Part shown: one piece after another, positions 53,075 through 61,868 of the stretch
Layout of the letters: each line of letters begins with the position of its first letter
How positions within the stretch are numbered: the first letter of the stretch is position 1
Source: Alphaproteobacteria bacterium
GTDB taxonomy: Bacteria > Pseudomonadota > Alphaproteobacteria > UBA828
Direction: 5' to 3'
DNA: 64,000 bases
Assembly: GCA_965220745.1 (NCBI GenBank)
Contig: CBDCQT010000012.1
Span: 868,741-932,740, forward strand
Notes under the pieces: generated by a model
Seen by the model: the letters and a program-made list of their open reading frames with translations, nothing else
Database searches by the model: none
What the model was told of the DNA's origin: nothing
Program-made: the position numbers and the translations under genes

Positions 53075-53315
53075 TGATCGCTGCCGGCACGCCCCGATGG
53101 AGTTCGGCCGGGAGCGCTTTCAGTTGGTGCGGCGAGCCGGCCCGACGGGTATGCCCGTCCAATGCGGCTCTTCGTCGATCCCCGCATTGGCTCGCGAGAG
53201 GAGGGGAAAGTCCGGCGGAGCGACATCGCCGCGTTGCACCACGCTCTTCGGGCGACGCCCAATCGGGCTGGCCGGACGCTAGCGGCGTTCTCGACGTTGT
53301 TCAACCTCGGTGAGA
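53075..53315 (+). pseudogene. tyrosine integrase remnant (core-binding/SAM-like fragment)
   Basis: RLFVDPRIG...VRRSDIAALHHALRATPNRAGRTLAAFSTLFNLGE resembles YIVPALG...VSRADV...NRVASLASRLFNLFE of the intact integrase at 54833; frame broken; no catalytic domain; boundaries approximate. Confidence 0.65.
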
Positions 53316-53424
53316 AGGGGTGCCTGGGTTCGGTGCTTCTGGCCTGCGGTTATCGACAGACGGAAGCTCCGGTTAGGCACCGAGGCGCCGAAGCCCTCCT
53401 GATAACCACTGGAGCGCTCAAGAA

Positions 53425-53439
53425 ATAACTAATAGTTAT
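53425..53439. promoter_or_regulatory. LysR-type T-N11-A operator (ATAACT-aat-AGTTAT)
   Basis: Perfect 6-bp inverted repeat in the AT-rich region 68 bp upstream of the LysR gene. Confidence 0.6.
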
Positions 53440-53506
53440 GTATATGTCTTGAGGTAAATAATGTGACAAAATAGACTTATGTTCTGCATTTTGATATTCG
53501 ATTTTT

Positions 53507-54361
53507 GTGGTCGATTTGGATACCAAGCAGCTTCGCTCCTTTCTTTGCCTTGCAATGGATCGGAGTTTCTCGAGGGCGGCCCGGCAAATGGGGTGTTCTC
53601 AGGCGACCATGTCAATCCGCATCCAAAAGCTGGAGGACGCGCTCGGCATTCGCCTGTTCGAGCGGGGGCCTCACGAGGTGACGCTGACGGCCGAGGGGCG
53701 CGATCTGCTGCCCGATTTTCGGGCGTTCGTCGATGTGCAAGACCGCATGTACGAGCGCACGCAATCGTCGCGAGAATTCGGCAGCGTCAGGCTCGGCGTC
53801 GCCGAGGGATACGAGGCGGCGCTGCTGCCGGGTCTGCTCAGGCACATGTGGCAAGACCACGCCGCGGCAGAACTGGAAATTCGGTGTCAACCGAGTTGGC
53901 GCCTGCAGCAGATGATCGAGGCACGAACGCTGGATCTGGCGGTCGTGACATTGCCGGAGGAAGCGCCGTCGGCGGTGACGCTTCGCCGGACGCCGCTCCA
54001 TTGGGTGGCGGCCCCAGGATTCGAGCTTGCTCCTGCGATGCCGGTACCGGTCGCTTGGCACCCGGACACGTGCTTCTTCCGATGCGCTGCGGCGGCGGCG
54101 CTCAAGGATCAGGGCGTTCCCCATCGCGAGGTCCTGTGCAGTGCCGATTCCCGGATCGTCCGGGCCGCCGTCGAATCCGGCACCGCCGTCACTATCATGG
54201 CCGAAGGGACCGTTCCGGAGACGTTGAGAGTGATATCCGATCCCTCGATCCTCCCGCCGCTCGGCACTGCCCCGATCCAACTGCTGGAGCGGCCGGGCCT
54301 GCAGTCCGAGGCGTCGGAAGTGGTGAAGCGGAAGCTCATGGACGCATACCGGGGGTCGTGA
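53507..54361 (+). CDS. LysR-family transcriptional regulator
   Basis: LRSF...SFSRAA...SQATMSIRIQKLEDALG..LFER HTH; substrate-binding domain. Confidence 0.92.
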   Translation: MVDLDTKQLRSFLCLAMDRSFSRAARQMGCSQATMSIRIQKLEDALGIRLFERGPHEVTLTAEGRDLLPDFRAFVDVQDRMYERTQSSREFGSVRLGVAEGYEAALLPGLLRHMWQDHAAAELEIRCQPSWRLQQMIEARTLDLAVVTLPEEAPSAVTLRRTPLHWVAAPGFELAPAMPVPVAWHPDTCFFRCAAAAALKDQGVPHREVLCSADSRIVRAAVESGTAVTIMAEGTVPETLRVISDPSILPPLGTAPIQLLERPGLQSEASEVVKRKLMDAYRGS

Positions 54362-54591
54362 ACGCCCCTTCCTGACTGGCACACGTCGAGAGACCCCACA
54401 GCTTCTCCCGCCACGCGACGAAGCCGTCGCGGGCAATCGCCTTGCCGGCTCTCCAGGAGCGGCGACAGAAATTTCGGGGGCGTGTTCGTAAGTGCTGTGG
54501 AGACCGATTGCCGTAAATTTCCAATCGATTCCCAACTCGAAATCAACAAATGAACGTCGCGCGTGAACGGCTCTTACCTTGTTGATTTTGT

Positions 54592-54638
54592 TGGTACGCC
54601 CGCCTGGACTCGAACCAGGGACCCTCTGATTAAAAGTC
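54592..54638 (-). repeat. 3' half of tRNA-Lys(TTT): attachment-site core at the left end of an integrated element
   Basis: Minus strand GACTTTTAATCAGAGGGTCCCTGGTTCGAGTCCAGGCGGGCGTACCA gives anticodon loop, T arm and CCA; no D arm or 5' acceptor strand; integrase starts 195 bp away. Confidence 0.85.
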
Positions 54639-54797
54639 CGGGACTGAAGGCTTGCGCCCGATTGCGCTCCGTTGTGAAAATTTTCGTAACCCATTGCCAT
54701 AGCGTCAATATTCTGTGCGCCTCTTTGCGCTTGCTTGCGGTCGATAGTGAACGTATTCTGTCGATCTGTTGACCAAGCGTTGACTGGAGAGGGCTCT

Positions 54798-54834
54798 GAG
54801 GGTCCTCTGATTTTGAGGGGGAGGGTCCTCTGAT
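54798..54834 (+). repeat. 14-bp direct repeat GAGGGTCCTCTGAT x2 overlapping the integrase RBS/start
   Basis: Copies at 54798-54811 and 54821-54834; degenerate third copy at 54789-54799. Confidence 0.8.
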
Positions 54835-56038
54835 GTTGACTGAGCGGGCGATCCGGGACGCGAAGCCGGGGCCGAAAGCGTGCATTCTGTGGGATGCGCG
54901 GGTCAAGGGCCTGGGCCTGAAAATCCAGCCGGGCGGCACCAAGTCATACGTTCTCGACTACCGGGTGAACGGGCGACAGCGGCGAGTCTCTCTTGGTCGC
55001 GTTGGCGAGGTTAGCCTGAAGGCGGCGCGTGAGCGGGCCGGCCGCGAGTTAACCGCAATCCGCAACGGCGAATCGGACCCGCTACGGCGCCGCGAGGATG
55101 CCGCCGCAGCGCCAACCGTCGCCGACGGGGTAGCGCGGTTCTTTCGGGAGTATGTGCCGGGCCGGATCGAGCGGGGCCGGATGGCGGAGCGCACGGCGGC
55201 TGACTATAGCCAACAGTGCGACCGCTACATCGTGCCGGCCTTGGGCGCGCTCAAGGTCGCCGAGGTCTCTCGCGCCGATGTCGAGCGCATGTTGAAGCCG
55301 TTGAAGCCCGTTCAACGTAACCGCGTCGCGTCGCTCGCAAGCCGGTTGTTCAACCTGTTCGAGACATGGGAAATCCGGCCGCAGCACACTAACCCGGTCC
55401 GAGGCATCGAACGCGCGCGCGAGCAACCGCGCGACCGGGTGCTTGCCGCGTCCGAGCTTTCCGCCCTGGGCGCTGTGCTCGCCAGAATGGACGATGCCAG
55501 CCCCTACGCGGTGGGCGCGATCCGCATGGCTGCGCTGACCGGGTGGCGCATCGGGGAGGTCGTGGCGCTCAAGTGGGGAGACGTGAATTTTGAGACCGGC
55601 TTGGCGACATTGCCGAGTACAAAGACCGGCCGGCAGACGCGGGCGCTCGGAAGTGCTGCGCTGGAACTGGTGGCGTCCATGCCCCGTGTGAACGACAACC
55701 CCCACGTCTTCGCGGGCGGGCAGCCCGGTAGCGCCATCGGCTACAAGGCAGTCCGCTCCACCTTCGCGCGTGCGGTCGAGAGTGCCGGCCTGTCCGATAT
55801 CAGGCTGCACGACTTGCGGAGAACCATCGCGACAAATGCCGCAGCCGCAGGCGTTGGGGTCCACACGCTTCGCGACCTGTTGGGGCATTCGACGTTGGCG
55901 ATGTCTAACCGCTACGTCCGCCGGACCGGTGGCGCCTTGGTCGAGGCGGTCGAACAATCCAGCGCCGCGATGGCGGCGATGATGGGCGACGGCAAGGACG
56001 CGGACATCGTGCCGCTGCGGAAGCACGATGCCGGGTGA
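54833..56038 (+). CDS. tyrosine integrase with arm-DNA-binding domain
   Basis: N-terminal LWD..VKGLGLKI...GTKS; catalytic R (TGWRIGE), K (TKTG), HxxR (HDLRR), LGH and Y (NRY) all present. Confidence 0.95.
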   Translation: MLTERAIRDAKPGPKACILWDARVKGLGLKIQPGGTKSYVLDYRVNGRQRRVSLGRVGEVSLKAARERAGRELTAIRNGESDPLRRREDAAAAPTVADGVARFFREYVPGRIERGRMAERTAADYSQQCDRYIVPALGALKVAEVSRADVERMLKPLKPVQRNRVASLASRLFNLFETWEIRPQHTNPVRGIERAREQPRDRVLAASELSALGAVLARMDDASPYAVGAIRMAALTGWRIGEVVALKWGDVNFETGLATLPSTKTGRQTRALGSAALELVASMPRVNDNPHVFAGGQPGSAIGYKAVRSTFARAVESAGLSDIRLHDLRRTIATNAAAAGVGVHTLRDLLGHSTLAMSNRYVRRTGGALVEAVEQSSAAMAAMMGDGKDADIVPLRKHDAG

Positions 56039-56480
56039 AAGCCTCGCCTGCGAGGAAGCGCTGATGGACCCCAATAGCGTGACTCACGTGCTCGCCAAGT
56101 TTCCCTGGATTGGCCTTTGGCCGGATCGCTCGCCTTGGCCGGATGAATTCGCTGTCGGTACGATCTTCTATGCCGAGAAATCGAAGGCACTGCGCAAGAT
56201 GCTGGCCTGGCAGGCGGCAATCCGCATAAGGCAAAGGCGCGCGGTCCCGCCGCTGCTGCAGGATTGGTTCAACGCCTTCGTGCTGGACGGCGGCAGCGTC
56301 CCGAAACGGCCGCCGTACCGTACCGAGCGCGACTCCCTGCGGCTGTCGTTCCTGCAATCCATCGGGGCCAGTCAAGCGATGGCGCTGCGGCTGATCGGCG
56401 AGCATGACGGCGGCCGCCGGGAAGAAACTGTGGCGGCGCACCTATACCGGAAGCCTCCCTACATACCGGCCAAAATGTAG
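56028..56480 (+). CDS. hypothetical protein
   Basis: ORF overlapping the int stop, in the same direction as the element; start uncertain. Confidence 0.55.
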   Translation: MPGESLACEEALMDPNSVTHVLAKFPWIGLWPDRSPWPDEFAVGTIFYAEKSKALRKMLAWQAAIRIRQRRAVPPLLQDWFNAFVLDGGSVPKRPPYRTERDSLRLSFLQSIGASQAMALRLIGEHDGGRREETVAAHLYRKPPYIPAKM

Positions 56481-56539
56481 GGAGACAGGGCCGCGAAAAG
56501 GCCCGCAATTTGCCGCCATCCGATGAACGGAGGCGGCAA

Positions 56540-56746
56540 ATGTTCGAAGACGACAAGCTCTATCTCACCGACGACCCGGCGCTGAAGGTGCTCGGGCCGT
56601 ACAGCACGCTGGCGCATTGGCGTTCCGAAGGCCGCGGCCCGGCCTACGTGAAAATCGGCGCGCGGGTCGCCTACTCGGGGAAGGCGTTGAACGAGTGGCT
56701 GGCGGCTCGCACGGTGCAACCGACGGACCAGCCGGCTGCTGCCTAA
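56540..56746 (+). CDS. AlpA/MerR-like winged-helix protein (excisionase/regulator)
   Basis: STLAHWRSEGRGPAYVKIGARVAY...LNEWL; GGAGG RBS. Confidence 0.85.
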   Translation: MFEDDKLYLTDDPALKVLGPYSTLAHWRSEGRGPAYVKIGARVAYSGKALNEWLAARTVQPTDQPAAA

Positions 56747-56813
56747 ACTGAACCGCCGCGCCCGGATTTGGGGCCGATGGCGCGGCGGTTCGCAGAGAAC
56801 AAGAGGGGCGATC

Positions 56814-57350
56814 ATGCCCGCTTCGCGCTCACTATCCAAGCTACATGTCCCCGGCCTGGAAGCAGGCGCCATCTTGGCTTACGCAGTCGATCCGGGCGCC
56901 AAGTTCGCAAAAGGGGCACCCGGTGTCCCTCCCGGAAATACCGCAGCGGGTGCCCCTGTAGCGGAGCTTGCCCGTCGCGCCGACGTGTCGGAACGGACCA
57001 TCAAACAGATCGGCCGAGTCGGTCGGCTGTTCCCGGACCTGGCCGAACGGATCACCGCTGGCGAGCTTTCCGCCAAGGCTGCCGACGCGCTCGCCAGGGA
57101 CCGCCTCACCGTCGCGCGGCGGTGGAAGGTCTGCGTTGCCATCGCCTACGAGGCGCAAGGCGACCGGGCGCGCTCCGCCGCGTTGCTCGCTCCCGGCCGT
57201 GCTGAGGCTGCCGATGTGGCGCGATGGCTTCGCGCCTACGTTGCGGCGCTCACCGATGAGAGTGCGGACTTGTTGCACGCACGGGGCGTGACCGGCGCGG
57301 CCGTGCTGGGCTTCGATCCCGCAGAAACCCCGCAGTCGATTCCCCGATGA
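56814..57350 (+). CDS. hypothetical HTH-containing protein
   Basis: VAELARRADVSERTIKQ HTH-like segment; stop overlaps the next start. Confidence 0.6.
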   Translation: MPASRSLSKLHVPGLEAGAILAYAVDPGAKFAKGAPGVPPGNTAAGAPVAELARRADVSERTIKQIGRVGRLFPDLAERITAGELSAKAADALARDRLTVARRWKVCVAIAYEAQGDRARSAALLAPGRAEAADVARWLRAYVAALTDESADLLHARGVTGAAVLGFDPAETPQSIPR

Positions 57351-57811
57351 CCCAGCTGCCGTTCGCGCCGGCCGCCGGCTTCGTCGCCCCGGTCGATGGC
57401 GAGCCGTACCCCTTCTTTCCGCTCGACCCGCTCGGCCGCATCAGATGGGCTGAGGATGCGCCCGTGCGCAGCACACCGGCCAAGCTGCTATTGATCGTCC
57501 TCGCCCATCGGGCGGATCGCCGCGGCCGCGCGTGGCCGGCCGTAGATAGCCTGGCAGGATGGGGAAGCATGGGGCGGCGAACGGTCTTCGACGGTCTTGA
57601 CTTCCTCGAAGATCACGGCTGGCTGTGGCGGCAGCGGCGCAAACGCCTCACCACGAACTATTGGCCAAAGTCTCCGAGCGAGCGGCGGTGTGAGGGATGC
57701 GAGCTGCAACAGTCGGCGGACCTGCCCCTGTGCCCCTCCTGCGGGCGGGAGGCAGGGGTGCGGGAGCTGCACCTTGGGGTGCGGCAGCTGCACCCAAAGA
57801 ACCAATTGTAA
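57347..57811 (+). CDS. HTH_36-like replication-initiator-type protein with a CxxC..CxxC zinc ribbon
   Basis: AKLLLIVLAHRADRRGRAWPAVDSLA...RRTV...LE..GWL...TNY wHTH pattern; CEGC...CPSC. Confidence 0.7.
   Translation: MTQLPFAPAAGFVAPVDGEPYPFFPLDPLGRIRWAEDAPVRSTPAKLLLIVLAHRADRRGRAWPAVDSLAGWGSMGRRTVFDGLDFLEDHGWLWRQRRKRLTTNYWPKSPSERRCEGCELQQSADLPLCPSCGREAGVRELHLGVRQLHPKNQL
57755..57794 (+). repeat. putative iterons GGGGTGCGG(G/C)AGCTGCACC x2 (21-bp period)
   Basis: Copies at 57755-57773 and 57776-57794, each an imperfect palindrome, inside the 3' end of the HTH gene. Confidence 0.7.
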
Positions 57812-57849
57812 GGACCAGAAGGATTCTCTGACAGGGGAGGAATCAAGGG

Positions 57850-58050
57850 ATGGTTGACGATTGGATGGATAAGTTCCGCGCCATGGTGGACGCTCATGCC
57901 CACCCCGATGCGTGGTTGCTCGATCAGATCGAACAACTCAACCAAGCGCTGCGAGATGGCGACATGGAGGCCGTGAAGCGCCACGCGGGCCTCGTCGCCT
58001 TCAGTCATCCCTACCTCGTCGAGCGCCTAAAGGCGCGGGGAGCTGACTGA
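57850..58050 (+). CDS. small hypothetical protein
   Basis: 66 aa; purine-rich RBS-like sequence; same direction as the element. Confidence 0.6.
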   Translation: MVDDWMDKFRAMVDAHAHPDAWLLDQIEQLNQALRDGDMEAVKRHAGLVAFSHPYLVERLKARGAD

Positions 58051-58266
58051 CCCGTGGGGACCCCTGCCGCGAGGGGCGTGCAGGGGCCGCTGTGCGCGTC
58101 CGGTCCTGGACTCTCGAGATTGCAGGCCTTCCGATGTCGATGCCCGCGCGTGGCGTACGACGAATTGGGCCGGGCGATGGCACCGAGCCGTTTCTGCTGA
58201 GGGTGGCTGTGCGTACGGTGGCCAAGACTCCTCGCACTTGCCGTCACGGTCTAGTCACGGCGTGAC

Positions 58267-59859
58267 GTGGGAGATTACCGAGACGCCACGGCGAAGCGCC
58301 TGGCAGCCCGCGAACGGCAACGCCGGCGCCGGGCACGCCTGAAAGCCGAGGCCGAGCGGGCTGACGTCCTGGCGCTGCGGCCGGCGCCCGACGATCCGGT
58401 GGGCGCCCTGGCCACGTGGGCGGCGACGTCGCTCAAGGTTCCGCCCGGGCATCCGGCCGCCGGCGAGCCGATGGCGCTCCCGGACTTCGCGGTGGACTTC
58501 CTGGAGGCGGTATGGACCGCTCACGAGTCTGCGCTCACGATGGGCCGCAAGAACGCCAAGAGCGCGATCTGCGCGGTGCTGGCGCTGGGCTACCTGGTGG
58601 GGCCGCTGCGGATGCCGGGCTGGCGGGGCGCGATCGCGAGCGTGTCGAAGGAAAAGGCCGCGGAGCTCCGCAACCAGGTAGAGGCCATCGTCGAAGCCTC
58701 CCGCCTCGATCGCGAGGTGCGCATCCGCCGCGCGCCGTATCCCGGCAAGATCGAGTCGACCACTGGCACGCTCGAGGTCCTGAGCTCCGATCGCACGGCC
58801 GGGCATTCCTCGAGCTTCGACCTGGTGATCGTCGACGAAACCGGACTCATGCCCGAACGCGCCCGCGAGCTCTTGGCAGGCCTGCGCTCGAGCGTGTCGG
58901 CGAAGGGAGGCCGGATCGTCCATATCTCCGTGAGGGGAGACTCGCCCCTGTTCGCCGAAGTGCTGGCCAACCCGGAGACCGTGTCGCGCATCTACGCGGC
59001 GCCGGACGGGTGCGCGATCGACGACCCGAAGGCCTGGGCCGCGGCTAACCCTGGGCTCGGCACGATCAAGCAAAGGGGGTACATGGCGCATGAGGTCATG
59101 CGGGTGCGCGGCTCGCCCAGCGATGAGCCGAGCTTTCGCGCCTTCGACCTGAATCAGCCGCTTTCCCCAAGCCGCGAAATGATCCTCACGCCGGACGATC
59201 TTCGCGGCTGTTTCACCGACGATCCGCCGGCGCGGTCCGGGCCGTGCTTCCTGGGCTTCGACTTCGGCGAGGCGGTATCCAGCACGGCGGCGGTGGCACT
59301 CTGGCCGGCGACGGGCCGGCTCGAGACCTGGATGGCGTTCGGCGACGTGCCGGCGCTGGCGGAGCGCGGCAAGCGGGACTCGGCGCCCTACGTCGCCATG
59401 GAGGGGCGCGGGGAGCTGCGCACCTATCCCGGCCGGATCGTCCGCCCAGATGCCTTCCTGGCGGACCTGCAGAACGACCTGGCCGGGTGCCGTGTCGCGG
59501 CTGCGGCGGCCGACTCGTACAAGGATTCGGAGGTCATGGATTTTCTGGACCGTGCGGCGGTGCGCTGGCCTATCGACTTTCGCCGTGTCGGCGCCGGCAA
59601 GGACGGCGGACGCGACGTGCGCGCCTTCCAGCGGCTCGTGATGCAGCGCAAGCTGGCGATGGCGGAAAACCTGTCGCTCGCCACGGCCATCGCGAAAAGC
59701 ACGCTGCGCAGGGACGCGAACGGTAATCCTGGGCTGGACCGGTCCACCGGGCGCGGCCGTATCGACGTGCTGAGCGCGGCCGTGATCGCGGCCGGCCTGG
59801 CGGAGCCGGCATTCGACCGTCCGCAGCGCCGGCGCCTGCGCTCCATGCTGGCGGGATGA
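58267..59859 (+). CDS. terminase large subunit (HK97/cos-type-like)
   Basis: Walker A MGRKNAKS; Walker B LVIVDE; ANPGLG; nuclease GFDFG and RIDVLSA. Confidence 0.88.
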   Translation: MGDYRDATAKRLAARERQRRRRARLKAEAERADVLALRPAPDDPVGALATWAATSLKVPPGHPAAGEPMALPDFAVDFLEAVWTAHESALTMGRKNAKSAICAVLALGYLVGPLRMPGWRGAIASVSKEKAAELRNQVEAIVEASRLDREVRIRRAPYPGKIESTTGTLEVLSSDRTAGHSSSFDLVIVDETGLMPERARELLAGLRSSVSAKGGRIVHISVRGDSPLFAEVLANPETVSRIYAAPDGCAIDDPKAWAAANPGLGTIKQRGYMAHEVMRVRGSPSDEPSFRAFDLNQPLSPSREMILTPDDLRGCFTDDPPARSGPCFLGFDFGEAVSSTAAVALWPATGRLETWMAFGDVPALAERGKRDSAPYVAMEGRGELRTYPGRIVRPDAFLADLQNDLAGCRVAAAAADSYKDSEVMDFLDRAAVRWPIDFRRVGAGKDGGRDVRAFQRLVMQRKLAMAENLSLATAIAKSTLRRDANGNPGLDRSTGRGRIDVLSAAVIAAGLAEPAFDRPQRRRLRSMLAG

Positions 59860-60128
59860 GCCGGAACCACGTCAAGCTGGATGCGCGGCGGTGGGCGCAC
59901 GTCCGCCGGCAAGCCTTCGAGCGCGACGGCTGGCGCTGTACCAAGTGCGACAAGCCTGGCCGGCTCGAGGCGCACCATGAACCGCCACTGCGCAAGGGAG
60001 CCGACCCCTACGACCTGGCCGGCATCGTGACATTGTGCCGCGGCTGTCATATCGAGCGACACCGTCCGGACGACATGACGCCGGGGCGGCATGATTGGAT
60101 CGTCTACGTGATGGAGCTAGCGGAATAG
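59856..60128 (+). CDS. HNH endonuclease (HK97 gp74-like terminase partner)
   Basis: RDGWRCTKC...LEAHH...TLCRGCHIERH; overlaps the terL stop. Confidence 0.9.
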   Translation: MSRNHVKLDARRWAHVRRQAFERDGWRCTKCDKPGRLEAHHEPPLRKGADPYDLAGIVTLCRGCHIERHRPDDMTPGRHDWIVYVMELAE

Positions 60129-60144
60129 CACGCACCGTGGCGTT

Positions 60145-60411
60145 TCATTCTTGGTTCTCGCGGCAGCGCTTCAACTCCTCAAGGCAAGCGTCGACTTGAG
60201 CTGCCAGGTCTGGATCGGTTTCGCGGACCATTTCGAGGTAGTGCGCCGCACCTCCAGGTTCCACGAGTCTATCCAAGTGCCCCTCCGCGCTCACCCTGAT
60301 CATCCAGCGCCCGTCATGCGGATGACGATCCGGGCGAAGTTCAAAGGTCTCCCAATCAGGCAAACTCGCGACTTGCAAGTAATTCTCGCGGCTGAGTCGA
60401 GGTGGCGGCAT
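60145..60411 (-). CDS. small hypothetical protein, reversed relative to the head module
   Basis: 88 aa starting MPPPRLSRENY; strong GGGAGGGAG RBS before the ATG. Confidence 0.6.
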   Translation of the reverse strand: MPPPRLSRENYLQVASLPDWETFELRPDRHPHDGRWMIRVSAEGHLDRLVEPGGAAHYLEMVRETDPDLAAQVDACLEELKRCRENQE

Positions 60412-60553
60412 GAGCTCCCTCCCTACCTTTGCCGAGCCTATGGCAGCCGAGCGGTGGTGGCCAGGCCTAGTGGCTACGCCCATACGAGCCACTTGATGAC
60501 TCGTTGCAAGTAAGCCACAGTGTTGCAGAGCGGCAACGACGGGAGACTGCATC

Positions 60554-61852
60554 ATGACCGCAGCGCAAAGGCGCCTCCGCGAGCTCCGTGAGCGTCAGTC
60601 CAAAGAGCGCGGCCGCATGGCCGAGCTGTCGCTTGTCGACGAACTGAACGACGAACAGCGCGCCGAGCTCGACACGATCGAGCGCGGGACCCCGGACCTG
60701 GAGCGCCAGCTACGCGCGGCGCAAGTTGCCGTCGACGATGAGGAGTCCGAACAGCGCACGGCCGGCGCGGCGGCTCGCCAGCCGGAAGCCGACGCGGACG
60801 ACCGCGAGCGCGCCGAGCTTCGCGGCAAGGTGAAGCTGTCGAGCTATGTAGCGGCTGCGATGGAGACCCGTGCGGTGGACGGCGCCGAAGCGGAGTACAA
60901 CGCGGCGATCGGCTTGAAGGCCGGCGGGGCGTTTCCGCTCGAGTTGCTTGCTCCGGTCGAGACCCGCCAGGCGGACGGCGACACCGAGGTCCGGGCGACC
61001 ACGGACATCGACACCGCGAAGCGGCCGAGCCGGTGGCTGGACAGACTGTTCGCCGACACCATGGCGATGCGCCTGGGAATCACGTTCGAGTCGGTCGAGC
61101 CGGGCATCCCGACCTATCCGCTCACGACCGCCGGCGCGACGGCTGCCCAACGTGGCCGGACTGAGGCGGCGGCCGACGCTGCATGGACGGTGGGCGTCAC
61201 CGAGCTTAAGCCGACGCGGAATGCGGTGCGCGCCGTCTTCTCCGAGGAAGACGCCATGCGGCTCCCTGGCCTTGAGGAAGCGCTGCGGCGCGACCTGAAC
61301 ATGGCGCTTATGGAAGGGGTGGACCGCGCGATCTTCTTGGGCGACACCGGTGCCAACGAGAACAGCGCCGACATCACCGGCCTGACCACGCTTGCCGACC
61401 TGACCGAGAAGACCATCACGCAAGCGAACAAGGTCAAGGGGCCGGGAACGCTCACCGCGTTCCTCGAACTGGTGGACGGTATCCACGCGGCCGGCTTGGG
61501 CGACCTGAACACCGTCGCGACGGTGGGCGCCTATCGGCTTTGGGAGTCGACCGTTGCCAATGAGGCTGCGGAGAATCAGACCGTCGCGGGCTACATGCGG
61601 GCGGCCGGCCTGTCCTGGGGCGTGCGCGGTGGCATCGAAGACGCCACGGGCAACGGCAAATTCGGGGCCTTCGTCGGACGCGGACGCGGCATCGAGGGCG
61701 CCGGGGTAGCGGCGATCTGGAACAGCGGAATGCTGATCCGCGACCCGTACACCGGGGCCGCGAAGGGCGAAACCGCGCTCACGCTCAGCTACTTCTGGAA
61801 TGTGGGCTATCCCCGCAAGGCTTCGTTCGCCCGCGTCAAGTTCGTGACGTGA
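60554..61852 (+). CDS. major capsid protein (HK97 fold with N-terminal coiled-coil delta domain)
   Basis: About 100-aa charged helical N-terminus; E-loop-like region; spine helix LEEALRRDL...VDRAIFLGD; IRDPYTGA..G; ends SFARVKFVT; next to protease and portal. Confidence 0.82.
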   Translation: MTAAQRRLRELRERQSKERGRMAELSLVDELNDEQRAELDTIERGTPDLERQLRAAQVAVDDEESEQRTAGAAARQPEADADDRERAELRGKVKLSSYVAAAMETRAVDGAEAEYNAAIGLKAGGAFPLELLAPVETRQADGDTEVRATTDIDTAKRPSRWLDRLFADTMAMRLGITFESVEPGIPTYPLTTAGATAAQRGRTEAAADAAWTVGVTELKPTRNAVRAVFSEEDAMRLPGLEEALRRDLNMALMEGVDRAIFLGDTGANENSADITGLTTLADLTEKTITQANKVKGPGTLTAFLELVDGIHAAGLGDLNTVATVGAYRLWESTVANEAAENQTVAGYMRAAGLSWGVRGGIEDATGNGKFGAFVGRGRGIEGAGVAAIWNSGMLIRDPYTGAAKGETALTLSYFWNVGYPRKASFARVKFVT

Positions 61853-61868
61853 TGGGCCGGGCGCGCCC

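Noticed and set aside
54592-54670. Intact tRNA-Lys gene
   Set aside because: Similarity stops at the anticodon stem; there is no D arm or 5' acceptor strand.
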